A stretch of DNA of 63,426 nt, filler included. It is 8 parts of 8 records of this genome, joined end to end, with 100 filler letters (N's around TTAATTAATTAA, not from the genome) between each part and the next. Parts side by side here need not be neighbours in the genome. Positions count along the whole stretch, not along the records: positions 47,320 to 63,426 come from SRR31156797_37118; 7 more parts are not named here. One strand, written 5' to 3'. The translations under genes and the position numbers were made by a program. This document shows, one piece after another, positions 52,831 through 61,941 of the stretch; the first letter of the stretch is position 1; every line of letters starts with the position of its first letter. The notes under the pieces were generated by a model that saw only the letters and a program-made list of their open reading frames with translations, was not told the origin of the DNA and ran no database searches.

Positions 52831-54381
52831 ATGACAATAAGCGAACTCAAAGAACATGAGCAAAATTTTATCATGAAACTGGCCGAGCAATGCAAGCTGC
52901 ATCCAGACGATGCCTTCAAAGCGTTAATTGAGACAAGTGTTCGCTGCGCCTTTAAGGGTGATGTCAAAACGATTGTCGAGAATGGCTTTATCAAAGTGCT
53001 GGTGCTGTCGCCGGATTTTTTTAAGTACAAAGATTTTGACCTGATTGCGAAACTGCCGGAACTTGAGGAACTGTATCTCTCAGAAGGCCATCAGAAGAGC
53101 AAGGCGAACAGGGTCAGGAAAATACATATCGGGAAGGAGAGCAAAATCCACACAGTTTCCGTCTGTGCTTCGAAACTGAAAGACCTGGTCATTGAAAACG
53201 ACGGTGTAAAGGATCTGGAGATAGCGGCTCCGGAGCTCGCAACACTGGAGCTCTCCCACTGGGGGAGTCTCAAAAGGGTAGCCATTTCCGGTTTGAGTGA
53301 TATTGATTTGAAAGACTGCCCGATCCCATGGGATTCGTTAAGCGAGCTGGTCATAAAAAACCTGGATATAGATATACCCTTTCCCTTATTGAAGAATTGC
53401 ATCACCATCTCCATCTCGAATTATTACAACAGGGGAGTCGAGCACTTTAAAGGGAATAAGATCGCCTTTCAGTCGGATCGTCTGGAGAGCCTGAAGCTTT
53501 GGGAAACGGGAATCAGATCTTTGGATTTAAAGAGATGCGTCAATCTGAAAGAGATCGATATCACAGAGAAAGGCATCTCTAAATTCGATTTCTGTCCTGA
53601 TCATGTGGTTAAACTTGACATCTTCACAGATAAGAAAACTGTTAAGATCAGGAAGGTTAAGGAATGCCTTAAGCTGGAAGAGCTGAGAATGCGCCACGTT
53701 CCGGACATGAATGTGAAACTCGAGCTGCCCCATTTAAAGTACCTCAGCCTTTTCGACATGAATACGATCACTCTGGATACTGTGAAATGCGAAAGCCTGC
53801 AGCATCTGAAGCTTTACGATGGATCGGTGACCCACGTAAAGATGAAGAAAGGGGAGCTTTATCTGAATAACAGGGTGTCCAGATTGAAGGATATTGATAT
53901 TACCGAAAGCCTGATGCTTAACTGGTTCAGTTATTTTGCGGATCAGGTTAAGGGGATAAAGCTCATTTGCAGAGAGTCTCACCATCTTTTTCATAAATTC
54001 CTGAAAAAGGATTTCTCTGAGATCGAAGATGTAGAGTGCAGCGCTCAGGATCTTGAAGATTTGAGGAGGGGATACAACTGGGATTTCGGGAAGAAGCCTC
54101 TGTTCTGGATCGCCAATCACAAGAACTGCGATAAGGGGACGGCCTTGAAAATATACTGGGCCAACGGTCCTGGCTACTTTACGAAATACGAAAGCCCTTC
54201 GGATATCCCCCCTCATGAGCGGGAAGCCATCAAACTGAAACAGGACATCGAGAAACTCTATCTGTCGGGTTATTATAAAACGGCGAACTATGCTTTCGAT
54301 CCCCATCATGAACACACGGGATACTATGAAGATGTTCAGAACCTGGATAGGCTGCCGCCCGAGATGCTGGAACCAGTATAG
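52831..54381 (+). CDS. Leucine-rich-repeat-like protein with C-terminal DUF4274-like domain
   Basis: Repeats LPELEELYL, LESLKL, CVNLKEIDI, CLKLEELRM, LPHLKYLSL, CESLQHLKL. C-terminal YNWDFG..PL.WI....CDKGTAL.IYW. Confidence 0.7.
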   Translation: MTISELKEHEQNFIMKLAEQCKLHPDDAFKALIETSVRCAFKGDVKTIVENGFIKVLVLSPDFFKYKDFDLIAKLPELEELYLSEGHQKSKANRVRKIHIGKESKIHTVSVCASKLKDLVIENDGVKDLEIAAPELATLELSHWGSLKRVAISGLSDIDLKDCPIPWDSLSELVIKNLDIDIPFPLLKNCITISISNYYNRGVEHFKGNKIAFQSDRLESLKLWETGIRSLDLKRCVNLKEIDITEKGISKFDFCPDHVVKLDIFTDKKTVKIRKVKECLKLEELRMRHVPDMNVKLELPHLKYLSLFDMNTITLDTVKCESLQHLKLYDGSVTHVKMKKGELYLNNRVSRLKDIDITESLMLNWFSYFADQVKGIKLICRESHHLFHKFLKKDFSEIEDVECSAQDLEDLRRGYNWDFGKKPLFWIANHKNCDKGTALKIYWANGPGYFTKYESPSDIPPHEREAIKLKQDIEKLYLSGYYKTANYAFDPHHEHTGYYEDVQNLDRLPPEMLEPV

Positions 54382-54694
54382 AAAACAAGAGGGGCAGACT
54401 TTGCTCAGTCCATGGATCATCCCGCAATAGACCCCCCTGCGGATTTTGAACCAACCTCAGAACTGAGGGACGGGCTGAGCGATCCAGTTCATCCGCCTCC
54501 GTTCCATTGACAAGGCCTTCTCCCGCGACGCGGAAGGGCAGGGATTTGCCCTGTCATCTCCATCGTCGATTCCCATCATGGCGCTGATCACGGCGGTGCT
54601 TTCTCTGTACGGAATTTGGCTGAATTGCTAATATTGCTGTGGATGCTGTAACTTTAATTAATAAAGACATATTTAACTTGTGAAATTTAATCAA

Positions 54695-54716
54695 CAAATG
54701 TAATATCATATGTAAT
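54695..54716. promoter_or_regulatory. Putative SorC-family operator, site 1
   Basis: CAAATGTAAT-AT-CATATGTAAT upstream of the regulator. Confidence 0.6.
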
Positions 54717-54732
54717 CCTTAAGGAGATTAAT

Positions 54733-55698
54733 GTGGAAAGTCATAGTGAAGTATTGAAGCTGGTCGAGGTTGCCAGAATGTACTATGAACAGGAATTGAC
54801 TCAGTCAGAAATTGCTAAAAAGCTGGGGGTTTCCAGGCCCCTGGTCAGTAAAATGCTGCAGAGATGCAAGGATCTGGGAATTGTAAATATTGAAATCAAA
54901 TCCCCTTTGGAAGGTAATGAAGGCTTACTGAATAAGATGAAGATGAAGTTCGATTTAATTGACGGATTAATAGTACCCGCCAATCGAAACAACCTTGATC
55001 TTTCAATGAAAAACCTTCTTTCCCAGGCGGCTCTCTATCTGGAACGTCGCCTTTCCGACCAGGTGAGCATCGGCTTAGGATGGGGGAGTTCCCTGGCGGG
55101 GATCGTCGATGCTTTCAATGCGGGCGAGCTGAATACGGAGCGGGCTATTACGGTCTGTCCCCTCATCGGCGCCATGACCTCTCCGTCCAAGGGATTCCAC
55201 CCTAACGAACTGGCCCGCAGATTCGCCGAGAAGATACAGGGGGAGGCGACCTATCTCCATGCTCCGGCGTTTCCGGGCAACAAGAAAAACTATGAGGTTT
55301 TTCAGCAGACCGACGAATATAAATACCTCAACTCCCTCTGGCAGAGATTGGATACGGCCATCGTTTCCATCGGGACCTATCCTTCGGTTCCCGATCAGGC
55401 CACGGCGCTCCGCTTCGGCAAGGCCCTGAAGGAGAACCATGCCGTGGGGATGCTGCTTTCCTATTTTTACGATGTCAACGGAAACATCATCGAGGGGGAA
55501 AATGACAATGTCATTCGGATCCCGCTGGAATGCATTCGCAAGGTGAGGAAGGTTGTTCTTGTCTGCTCGGGCAATACCCGGGCCAACTCCATATTAGGGG
55601 CCTTGAAAACCGGTCTGGTGACCCATCTGGTCACTGATGATCTGGCAGCCAAAAGCGTATTGGAATTGGAAAGCGAGCTAAGTATTAGGCAAATGTAA
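54733..55698 (+). CDS. SorC/DeoR(LsrR)-family sugar-binding transcriptional regulator
   Basis: VARMYY...TQSEIA..LGVSR..VS..L, IGLGWG, GAL..G.V..LVTD. GTG start after AAGGAG. Confidence 0.93.
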   Translation: MESHSEVLKLVEVARMYYEQELTQSEIAKKLGVSRPLVSKMLQRCKDLGIVNIEIKSPLEGNEGLLNKMKMKFDLIDGLIVPANRNNLDLSMKNLLSQAALYLERRLSDQVSIGLGWGSSLAGIVDAFNAGELNTERAITVCPLIGAMTSPSKGFHPNELARRFAEKIQGEATYLHAPAFPGNKKNYEVFQQTDEYKYLNSLWQRLDTAIVSIGTYPSVPDQATALRFGKALKENHAVGMLLSYFYDVNGNIIEGENDNVIRIPLECIRKVRKVVLVCSGNTRANSILGALKTGLVTHLVTDDLAAKSVLELESELSIRQM

Positions 55699-55734
55699 TA
55701 CAAAATTGACAATTGTAATGCCATATGTTATCTT
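55690..55734 (+). promoter_or_regulatory. sigma70 promoter with overlapping operator site 2
   Basis: TTGACA (55706-11), 17 bp, TG-n-TATCTT (55729-34). CAATTGTAAT-GC-CATATGTTAT spans the spacer. Confidence 0.65.
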
Positions 55735-55770
55735 TTTCCTCCGGTCACCAATTTATTATTTCGGAGGAAG

Positions 55771-56406
55771 ATGATGAAAATGATTGACTATAAGGTGTTG
55801 AATTCTATGCTATTGACCGCGGCTGACGATGTCATAGCAAAGAAAGACTATCTCTCGGAGCTGGATGCGGTCATTGGAGATGGAGACCACGGGACTACGA
55901 TTTCCCGGGCCATGGAGATCCTGAAGGAATCTGTGGAAAAGGGGCCTGAAGATGATCTTAAGCTGTTGTTGAAGAATATCGGATGGGCTCTGCTAGGTGT
56001 CAACGGGGGGGCTACGGGTCCTCTGCTCGGTTCGTTATTCAAGGGACTGTCCGACGGGCTTGAGACCGGGGCTTCGGTGGATGCCGCTGCCGTGGCGTCC
56101 ATGTTCGCCAGATCCCGGGAGGCTGTTCTGAAAGTCTCCGGAGCCAGTCTGGGGGACAAGACCATGATCGATGCCTTCCTGCCGGCTGTGGAGGCTATCG
56201 AAGAGTCGGCGGGAGGAGCCGATCTTATAGCTATGTTTGAAGCCGCGGCCGAGGCGGCGGAAAAGGGTGCGGACAGCACTGTGGATATGGTGGCCAGAAA
56301 AGGACGGGCGAAGAATCTTCAGGATAAATCCAGAGGACACAGAGATGCCGGGGCCAGCTCCATGTCTTTGATTTTCAGAGGTTTCGAAAAAGGAATAAAA
56401 ATGTAA
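55771..56406 (+). CDS. dhaL: Dihydroxyacetone-kinase family L subunit (Dak2)
   Basis: LD..IGDGDHG, GGATGPL.G, GDKTMID, ARKGRA, DAGA.S. Confidence 0.9.
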   Translation: MMKMIDYKVLNSMLLTAADDVIAKKDYLSELDAVIGDGDHGTTISRAMEILKESVEKGPEDDLKLLLKNIGWALLGVNGGATGPLLGSLFKGLSDGLETGASVDAAAVASMFARSREAVLKVSGASLGDKTMIDAFLPAVEAIEESAGGADLIAMFEAAAEAAEKGADSTVDMVARKGRAKNLQDKSRGHRDAGASSMSLIFRGFEKGIKM

Positions 56407-56428
56407 TTAACAAAAAAGGGGGATGTTA

Positions 56429-57433
56429 ATGAAAATGAAGAAGTTTCTCAATGATCCTGATAATGTCGTCAGGGAGTTGCTTGAGGGGCTCTATTATTCG
56501 AATATGGATAAACTGGACCTGCTGCCGAACAACCTGGTTGTGAGCAAGCATATGGGGGATCGGAAGAGGGTTCATATCGTGACGCTCGGGGGGACCGGCC
56601 ATGAGCCGGGGCTCTCCGGGTTTGTCGGCCTGGGCATGATTGACGTTTGCGCTCCCGGCGATATTTTTGCCGCTCCCGGACCTGATCTATGCTTTCAGGC
56701 TATCTCGATGGCCCACGAAGCGTCAAAGGGGGCGGGGGTTCTTCTGATCGTCCTTAATCATTCCGGCGATATGATGACAGCCGACCTGGCGATGGAGATG
56801 GTTGAGGCAGAGGGGCTGAAGGTTCAAAAAATCGTCACCAAAGACGATGTTTCCGTCATCGGTCAGCAGCGCGAGGAGCGCAGGGGGCTTGTCGGCTGCG
56901 TCCCTCTCTATAAGATCTGCGGTGCTGCCGCAGCCGACGGTAAATCGCTTGACGAGGTCTCAAGGGTCGCTGAAAAGTTTGTCAGTAATCTGGCGACCGT
57001 TACCGTCGCGTCCCGCGGCGCCACCCATCCTCAGACGGGAGCCAGCATCGCCGTTTTCGCGGATGACGAGATGGAGATCGGCATGGGACAGCATGGAGAA
57101 GACAGCGGGCAGCGCATGAGGCTCAAGACGGCGGATGAAACGGCCGAGATCCTTTTGGCCAGGCTGCTGGAGCATATATCATTCGATCCCGGAGAAAAGG
57201 CCCTTGTTCTGCTCAGCGGATCAGGCTCTACGACCCTGATGGAGCTGCTCATCGTGTTCAGGCATGTGCATGCCCTCCTTGAAGAGAGGGGGGTCGGCGT
57301 CGGCGCGCAATGGATCGGCGAAATCATGACGGTACAGGAAGCGGCCGGGTTTCAGCTCTGTGTGGCGGCTATGGACGATGAGCTCCTCGGTTACTGGAAT
57401 ATGAAATGCATAACCCCTTACTACCGGGGTTAA
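56429..57433 (+). CDS. dhaK: Dihydroxyacetone-kinase family K subunit (Dak1), paralog 1
   Basis: GGTGHEP..GFVG.GM, G.IFAAP, NH.GD, RRG..G, MEIGMGQHGE. Confidence 0.85.
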   Translation: MKMKKFLNDPDNVVRELLEGLYYSNMDKLDLLPNNLVVSKHMGDRKRVHIVTLGGTGHEPGLSGFVGLGMIDVCAPGDIFAAPGPDLCFQAISMAHEASKGAGVLLIVLNHSGDMMTADLAMEMVEAEGLKVQKIVTKDDVSVIGQQREERRGLVGCVPLYKICGAAAADGKSLDEVSRVAEKFVSNLATVTVASRGATHPQTGASIAVFADDEMEIGMGQHGEDSGQRMRLKTADETAEILLARLLEHISFDPGEKALVLLSGSGSTTLMELLIVFRHVHALLEERGVGVGAQWIGEIMTVQEAAGFQLCVAAMDDELLGYWNMKCITPYYRG

Positions 57434-57516
57434 AAAAGTAGGTAGCCCCTTCTCTTAGGAAAATTCTTTTCTGACCATTATCCTTCCAAAGCAAAATTAT
57501 ATTCTCTGAAAAATAA

Positions 57517-57538
57517 CATATGTAATATCAAATGTTAA
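57517..57538. promoter_or_regulatory. Putative SorC-family operator, site 3
   Basis: CATATGTAAT-AT-CAAATGTTAA, just upstream of TTGACA (57556-61). Confidence 0.6.
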
Positions 57539-57768
57539 AAAATCAGAAATAAAGCTTGACAGTTAGCATTTTTCGGCTAAAGAATATAACTGCAAAGTTT
57601 AAAGAAGAAGAGATTGGGATGAAACTTGTGTCAGTTTTCTTGGTCTTTTCTGCTTTGATCCCTATTGATATCTGCCGGCGGGAACCATGCGGGTTCAGGT
57701 TCCGGGGATGCCGTTGGTGAGCGGTAATTTAATAAACCCAAAGCGGATCGTTTTGCAGGAGGAATGAA

Positions 57769-58632
57769 ATGATTAAATACGGAATGCAGATGTACATGCT
57801 GACGGATTCATTCGGTGAAGACAAGCTGGATCTTATCAAAAAAGCCGGCGACCTGGGCTTTGACGGCGTTGAGATTTCATTCGGCGAACCGGCTGATTTC
57901 CCGGCGGCGGCTGTAAAGAAGGCATTGGCCGAAAACGGCATGGAGATCAATTTCGCCATAGGGCTCGGTCCCGATACGAACAGCATCTCTCCCGATGCGG
58001 AAGTCAGGAAGGCCGGTGTGGAGCTTCTGAAAAGAGCTGTCGATACGGCCTGTGAGGTGACCGGCGGCGGCTGTGTGATCGGCGGTCCGAACTTTGCCGC
58101 ATGGCTCTATCTGACCGGCAAGTCTCCTTCTGAAGATGAGTGGAAATGGGGTGTCGAGAATTACAGACAGGTCTGCGAGTATGCGGCTTCAAAGGATATT
58201 TTTATCGCCGCCGAGGTGCTGAACCGATTCGAAACCCACCTTTTCAACACCCTGGCGGACGCCTACCGCTTCTGCGGCGATGTGGGCCTGGGTAACGCTC
58301 TTGTCCAGCCTGACACCTATCATATGAACCAGGAAGAAAAATCATGGGGCGATTCGATTCGAGCCGCAGGCGACAGGATCAAGTACATGCATGTCATCGA
58401 ATCCGACCGCGGAATAATCGGTACGGGCCTGGTTAACTGGCCGGAAGTCTTTACGGCTTTGAAAGATATCAGCTTTGACGGATGGCTGACGGTCGAAGGG
58501 TTTACGAGGGATTCCGAGGTCGTCGCCGGCCTGACGAAGATCTGGCGTGATCCTGCGGAAAGCGCGGAAGAGTTAGCGTCCGCCAGCCTTTCGGCTCTGA
58601 AAGCTTACGAGAAAGATTATTTCGCGCAATAA
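57769..58632 (+). CDS. Ketose 3-epimerase (D-psicose/D-tagatose 3-epimerase family)
   Basis: GFDGVEI, EVLNRFET, DTYHMN.EE, H..ESDRG..G.G, EGF. Confidence 0.85.
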   Translation: MIKYGMQMYMLTDSFGEDKLDLIKKAGDLGFDGVEISFGEPADFPAAAVKKALAENGMEINFAIGLGPDTNSISPDAEVRKAGVELLKRAVDTACEVTGGGCVIGGPNFAAWLYLTGKSPSEDEWKWGVENYRQVCEYAASKDIFIAAEVLNRFETHLFNTLADAYRFCGDVGLGNALVQPDTYHMNQEEKSWGDSIRAAGDRIKYMHVIESDRGIIGTGLVNWPEVFTALKDISFDGWLTVEGFTRDSEVVAGLTKIWRDPAESAEELASASLSALKAYEKDYFAQ

Positions 58633-58651
58633 GTTCAAAAGGAGAAATGGA

Positions 58652-59665
58652 ATGGGAATGAAAAAATTCATAAATAATCCGAAGGATCTCACGCAAGAGC
58701 TACTTGAAGGCCTCGCCCTTGCGAATCCCTCAAGACTGACCCTTTCAGAGAGCAAGCTTGTGGTAAGCGCAAGCCTGGGCGACAGGAAGCGCGTTCACAT
58801 CGTCACCCTCGGCGGCACGGGGCATGAACCCGCCATCAGCGGATTCGTAGGCCCCGGAATGATCGATATCAGCGTCCCCGGCGATATCTTCGCCGCGCCC
58901 GGACCTCCCGCATGTATAGAAGCGCTCAAGATGGCCAATGAGGCGTCCCAGGGCGCAGGCGTTCTTTTCGTCGTCCTCAACCATGCCGGTGACATGATGA
59001 CCGGTAATATGACCATGGAGATGGCCGAGGACATGGGGATCAAGGTGAAGAAGATCGTTACCCAGGAAGATATCTCCAACGCCGCCCGTGAAAACTGGGA
59101 CGACCGACGGGGGCTCGTAGGCTGTGTCCCCCTCTACAAGATAGCCGCCGCGGCCGCGCTGGAAGGCAAGAGCCTTGATGAAGTCTGCGCTGTCGCTCAG
59201 AGATTCAATGAAAACATGGCTACCCTGGCAGTCGCTCTTCGCGGCGCGACCCATCCCCAGACCGGCGATGCCATTTCGGTACTCGGCGAAGACGAGATGG
59301 AGATCGGGATGGGCCAGCACGGCGAGGGCGGCGGCGGACGGCAGAAGGTCAAAAGCGCCGACGAGACGACTGAAATCATGAGCAAGGCCCTCGTGGACGA
59401 CCTTTCGCTCAAGAGCGGCGATAAGCTGATGGTCGTTATCAACGGTTCGGGAGCCACTACGGGAATGGAGATGCTGATCTGTTTCCGTAAGGCCTATAAG
59501 TATCTCGAGTCACTGGGCATCGAAGTTGTTGCGTCCTGGGTCGATGAAATCCTGACCGTACAGGAAACCGCCGGCTTCCAGCTCTTCTTCGGGAAGATGG
59601 ATGATGAGCTTCTTGGGTACTGGAACGCTCCCTGTGATTCACCCTATCTGAGGGTTATTCAATAA
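58652..59665 (+). CDS. dhaK: Dihydroxyacetone-kinase family K subunit (Dak1), paralog 2
   Basis: GGTGHEP, GDIFAAP, NHAGD, RRGLVG, GMGQHGEGG. Confidence 0.88.
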   Translation: MGMKKFINNPKDLTQELLEGLALANPSRLTLSESKLVVSASLGDRKRVHIVTLGGTGHEPAISGFVGPGMIDISVPGDIFAAPGPPACIEALKMANEASQGAGVLFVVLNHAGDMMTGNMTMEMAEDMGIKVKKIVTQEDISNAARENWDDRRGLVGCVPLYKIAAAAALEGKSLDEVCAVAQRFNENMATLAVALRGATHPQTGDAISVLGEDEMEIGMGQHGEGGGGRQKVKSADETTEIMSKALVDDLSLKSGDKLMVVINGSGATTGMEMLICFRKAYKYLESLGIEVVASWVDEILTVQETAGFQLFFGKMDDELLGYWNAPCDSPYLRVIQ

Positions 59666-59795
59666 GGGGACGTGAGTCTTAATCTTTTTAATATAAAGGA
59701 TTGTTTTTTTAATGTGTAAGATTGGTGACCGAGCTTGGACAGTCCTGATGGCTGTTTTCATTCCCGGTTACAGATCGAGATAATTGGAGGAAGTT

Positions 59796-60851
59796 ATGAA
59801 AAAGATGTTGATGCTGATGGTTTCTCTGCTGACGATTTCAGCGGGAATGGTATTCGCAAACGGACAGCAGGACGCGGCGGCCGCAGACGCAAGCGGTAAG
59901 AAAGTCGTCAAGATGGGCCTCGCCATGCAGAGCAAACAGGCTCCCGCCTTCCATGCATGGGAAGATTACCTTTACGCGAGGGTTCAGCTTGAAGCTGAAG
60001 AGCGCGGCTATGTCGTCGAGTGGACCGCCACCAACGCCAGTGATGACGCCACAAAGCAGGCGAATGACATAAAAGACCTTCTGGCCAAGGGCTGCGAAGT
60101 CATCTTTGCTCCCTGTGTGGACTCCCAGGCCATCCTGCAGTCTGTTGAAGAGGTTCACAAAGCGGGCGCCCTGTACATTTCCTACTGCCGCGCCGTGTCG
60201 CCGGATGCCAAGGGCGCTCAGATTCCCGACGTTACCGTTAACTTCAGTTCAGAAGAACAGGCTTATGTCGGCGTTATGAAAATGTTCGAGATCATGGAAG
60301 CCGACGGAATCGTGCCCACCACTATGATAGACGTTCACGGTCAGGTTATCGATGAAAACGCCACTAACAGGGAAAGAGGCCTGAGAAGGGCCCTCGTAGA
60401 CGCCGGTTACCCCGATCTGGAAGTCGTCGTTTGCGACAGCGGCGCGTGGGAACCCGACGTCGCCCGGGACAGCGTGGACGCAGCCCTTCAGGCGCACCCC
60501 GAAGCCAACTGCCTGTACACGTCCTCAGACTTCATGATGCCCGGCATTCAGACGGCACTTGAAAACCATGAGAAATGGTACCCCCGCAACGAAGAAGGCC
60601 ACGTATACCTGGCCTCATCTGATATCTTCCCCATTGCCATTGAAATGCTGCAGGCCGGATACATCGATACCGCAGTCGACCAGGGTTGTTTCATGTTTGC
60701 CGTTAACGCAGCCAAATCGGCTTTCGATCTGCTGGAAGGTAAAACTGTGGAAAAAGAACAGCTCACTCTGGGAACAATGGCCACCAATGAAGATATCGAT
60801 GACATCCTGGCCGATGATTCTGTCTTCCTGTGGGGTTGGGACTACAGATAG
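59796..60851 (+). CDS. Sugar ABC transporter substrate-binding protein (RbsB-like)
   Basis: Spirochaete-style signal MKKML...VFANGQQD. KQ.NDI.DLL..G, R..G, VDQ. Confidence 0.88.
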   Translation: MKKMLMLMVSLLTISAGMVFANGQQDAAAADASGKKVVKMGLAMQSKQAPAFHAWEDYLYARVQLEAEERGYVVEWTATNASDDATKQANDIKDLLAKGCEVIFAPCVDSQAILQSVEEVHKAGALYISYCRAVSPDAKGAQIPDVTVNFSSEEQAYVGVMKMFEIMEADGIVPTTMIDVHGQVIDENATNRERGLRRALVDAGYPDLEVVVCDSGAWEPDVARDSVDAALQAHPEANCLYTSSDFMMPGIQTALENHEKWYPRNEEGHVYLASSDIFPIAIEMLQAGYIDTAVDQGCFMFAVNAAKSAFDLLEGKTVEKEQLTLGTMATNEDIDDILADDSVFLWGWDYR

Positions 60852-60896
60852 TAAGACATCGGGCATTGTATTTGCAATTTAATAAACTGCAGAATC

Positions 60897-60928
60897 GGGG
60901 CGGGGTTGTTCTAACCTCGCCTTGTTTT
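60897..60928 (+). terminator. Intercistronic stem-loop after SBP gene
   Basis: GGGGCGGGGTT-GTTCT-AACCTCGCCTT then GTTTT. Confidence 0.65.
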
Positions 60929-60961
60929 GAAATCGTTTAAAAATGTATAAAGAGGGGGAGA

Positions 60962-61933
60962 ATGGTGCTGGATAGAATAAAATTATTTGGTAAAAGAAAT
61001 AAACAGCTATTGGGCATGCTTGGTGCCAGTGCGGTTATGCTTCTTGTTCTATCATTTACAGTAGAGAACTTCATGACCTGGACCAATATCACTAATTTAC
61101 TGGCTCAAGTTGCACCAATAGCGTTTATGGCGACAGGGATCACATTCGTTCTGATTACAGGGGGAATGGATATTTCCGGGCCTGCCGTTATGGCGGCTTC
61201 ATCGGTTCTTGCCGTTGCTTTTATGACGAGTTTTGAAAATATCGCCGGAGTCCATCTGGTATCGGGATGCATCGTCCTGCTCATCGCAGGGGGATTTTTC
61301 GGACTCATTAATGGCATAGCCATCGCCAGACTGAAGATGGTTCCGCTGGTCGTGACCCTTTCCATGATGACGATTGCCACAGGCCTCGCCACCGTGCTCG
61401 GCGGAGCGCGCGGACTGCCGACCATACCGTCTGCCTACGCCCACTTCTTCAATAAGTACACCACCATCGTTATGCTTATTGTCATACCTGCTGTTCTTGA
61501 CTTTATATTGAGAGGCACATCCTTCGGAAGAAAGGTTTACTATATAGGGAACAGAGAAGAGACGGCGAAAATATCCGGTATCAACACCGAAAACGTAGTG
61601 TTGGCGGTCTATATAATCTGCGGCGTATGCGCCGCTCTCGCGGGCATCGTCAATGTCGCGAAAATATCAACGGCCAGAGCGTCCATGGGCCCTCAGTCAC
61701 AGATCCTGGACGTCGTCAGCGCCGCCGTGATCGGCGGGGTTTCTGTCAGCGGAGGCAAGGGCAGGGTTCGCGATGCCTGCTTCGGCGCCTTCCTGATCGT
61801 CGGCATCAATAACGTTATGAACCTGATGGGTGTATCGGATTATTATACCACATTGATCAAAGGCTGCATCATCATTTTTGCGATGGGAATCAGTCCTTTC
61901 AGAAACTACCTTTTGTCAAGACAAAGAGCATAG
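60962..61933 (+). CDS. Sugar ABC transporter permease (RbsC-like)
   Basis: G.TFVLITGGMDIS, GLING, FGRKVYYIG...A..SGI, AAVIGG.S..GG.G. Confidence 0.92.
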   Translation: MVLDRIKLFGKRNKQLLGMLGASAVMLLVLSFTVENFMTWTNITNLLAQVAPIAFMATGITFVLITGGMDISGPAVMAASSVLAVAFMTSFENIAGVHLVSGCIVLLIAGGFFGLINGIAIARLKMVPLVVTLSMMTIATGLATVLGGARGLPTIPSAYAHFFNKYTTIVMLIVIPAVLDFILRGTSFGRKVYYIGNREETAKISGINTENVVLAVYIICGVCAALAGIVNVAKISTARASMGPQSQILDVVSAAVIGGVSVSGGKGRVRDACFGAFLIVGINNVMNLMGVSDYYTTLIKGCIIIFAMGISPFRNYLLSRQRA

Positions 61934-61941
61934 GGGAAATT

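Noticed and set aside
57660-57730. GC-rich leader hairpin (GGAACC/GGTTCC) upstream of the epimerase as a riboswitch
   Set aside because: No recognisable riboswitch consensus and only a short stem.
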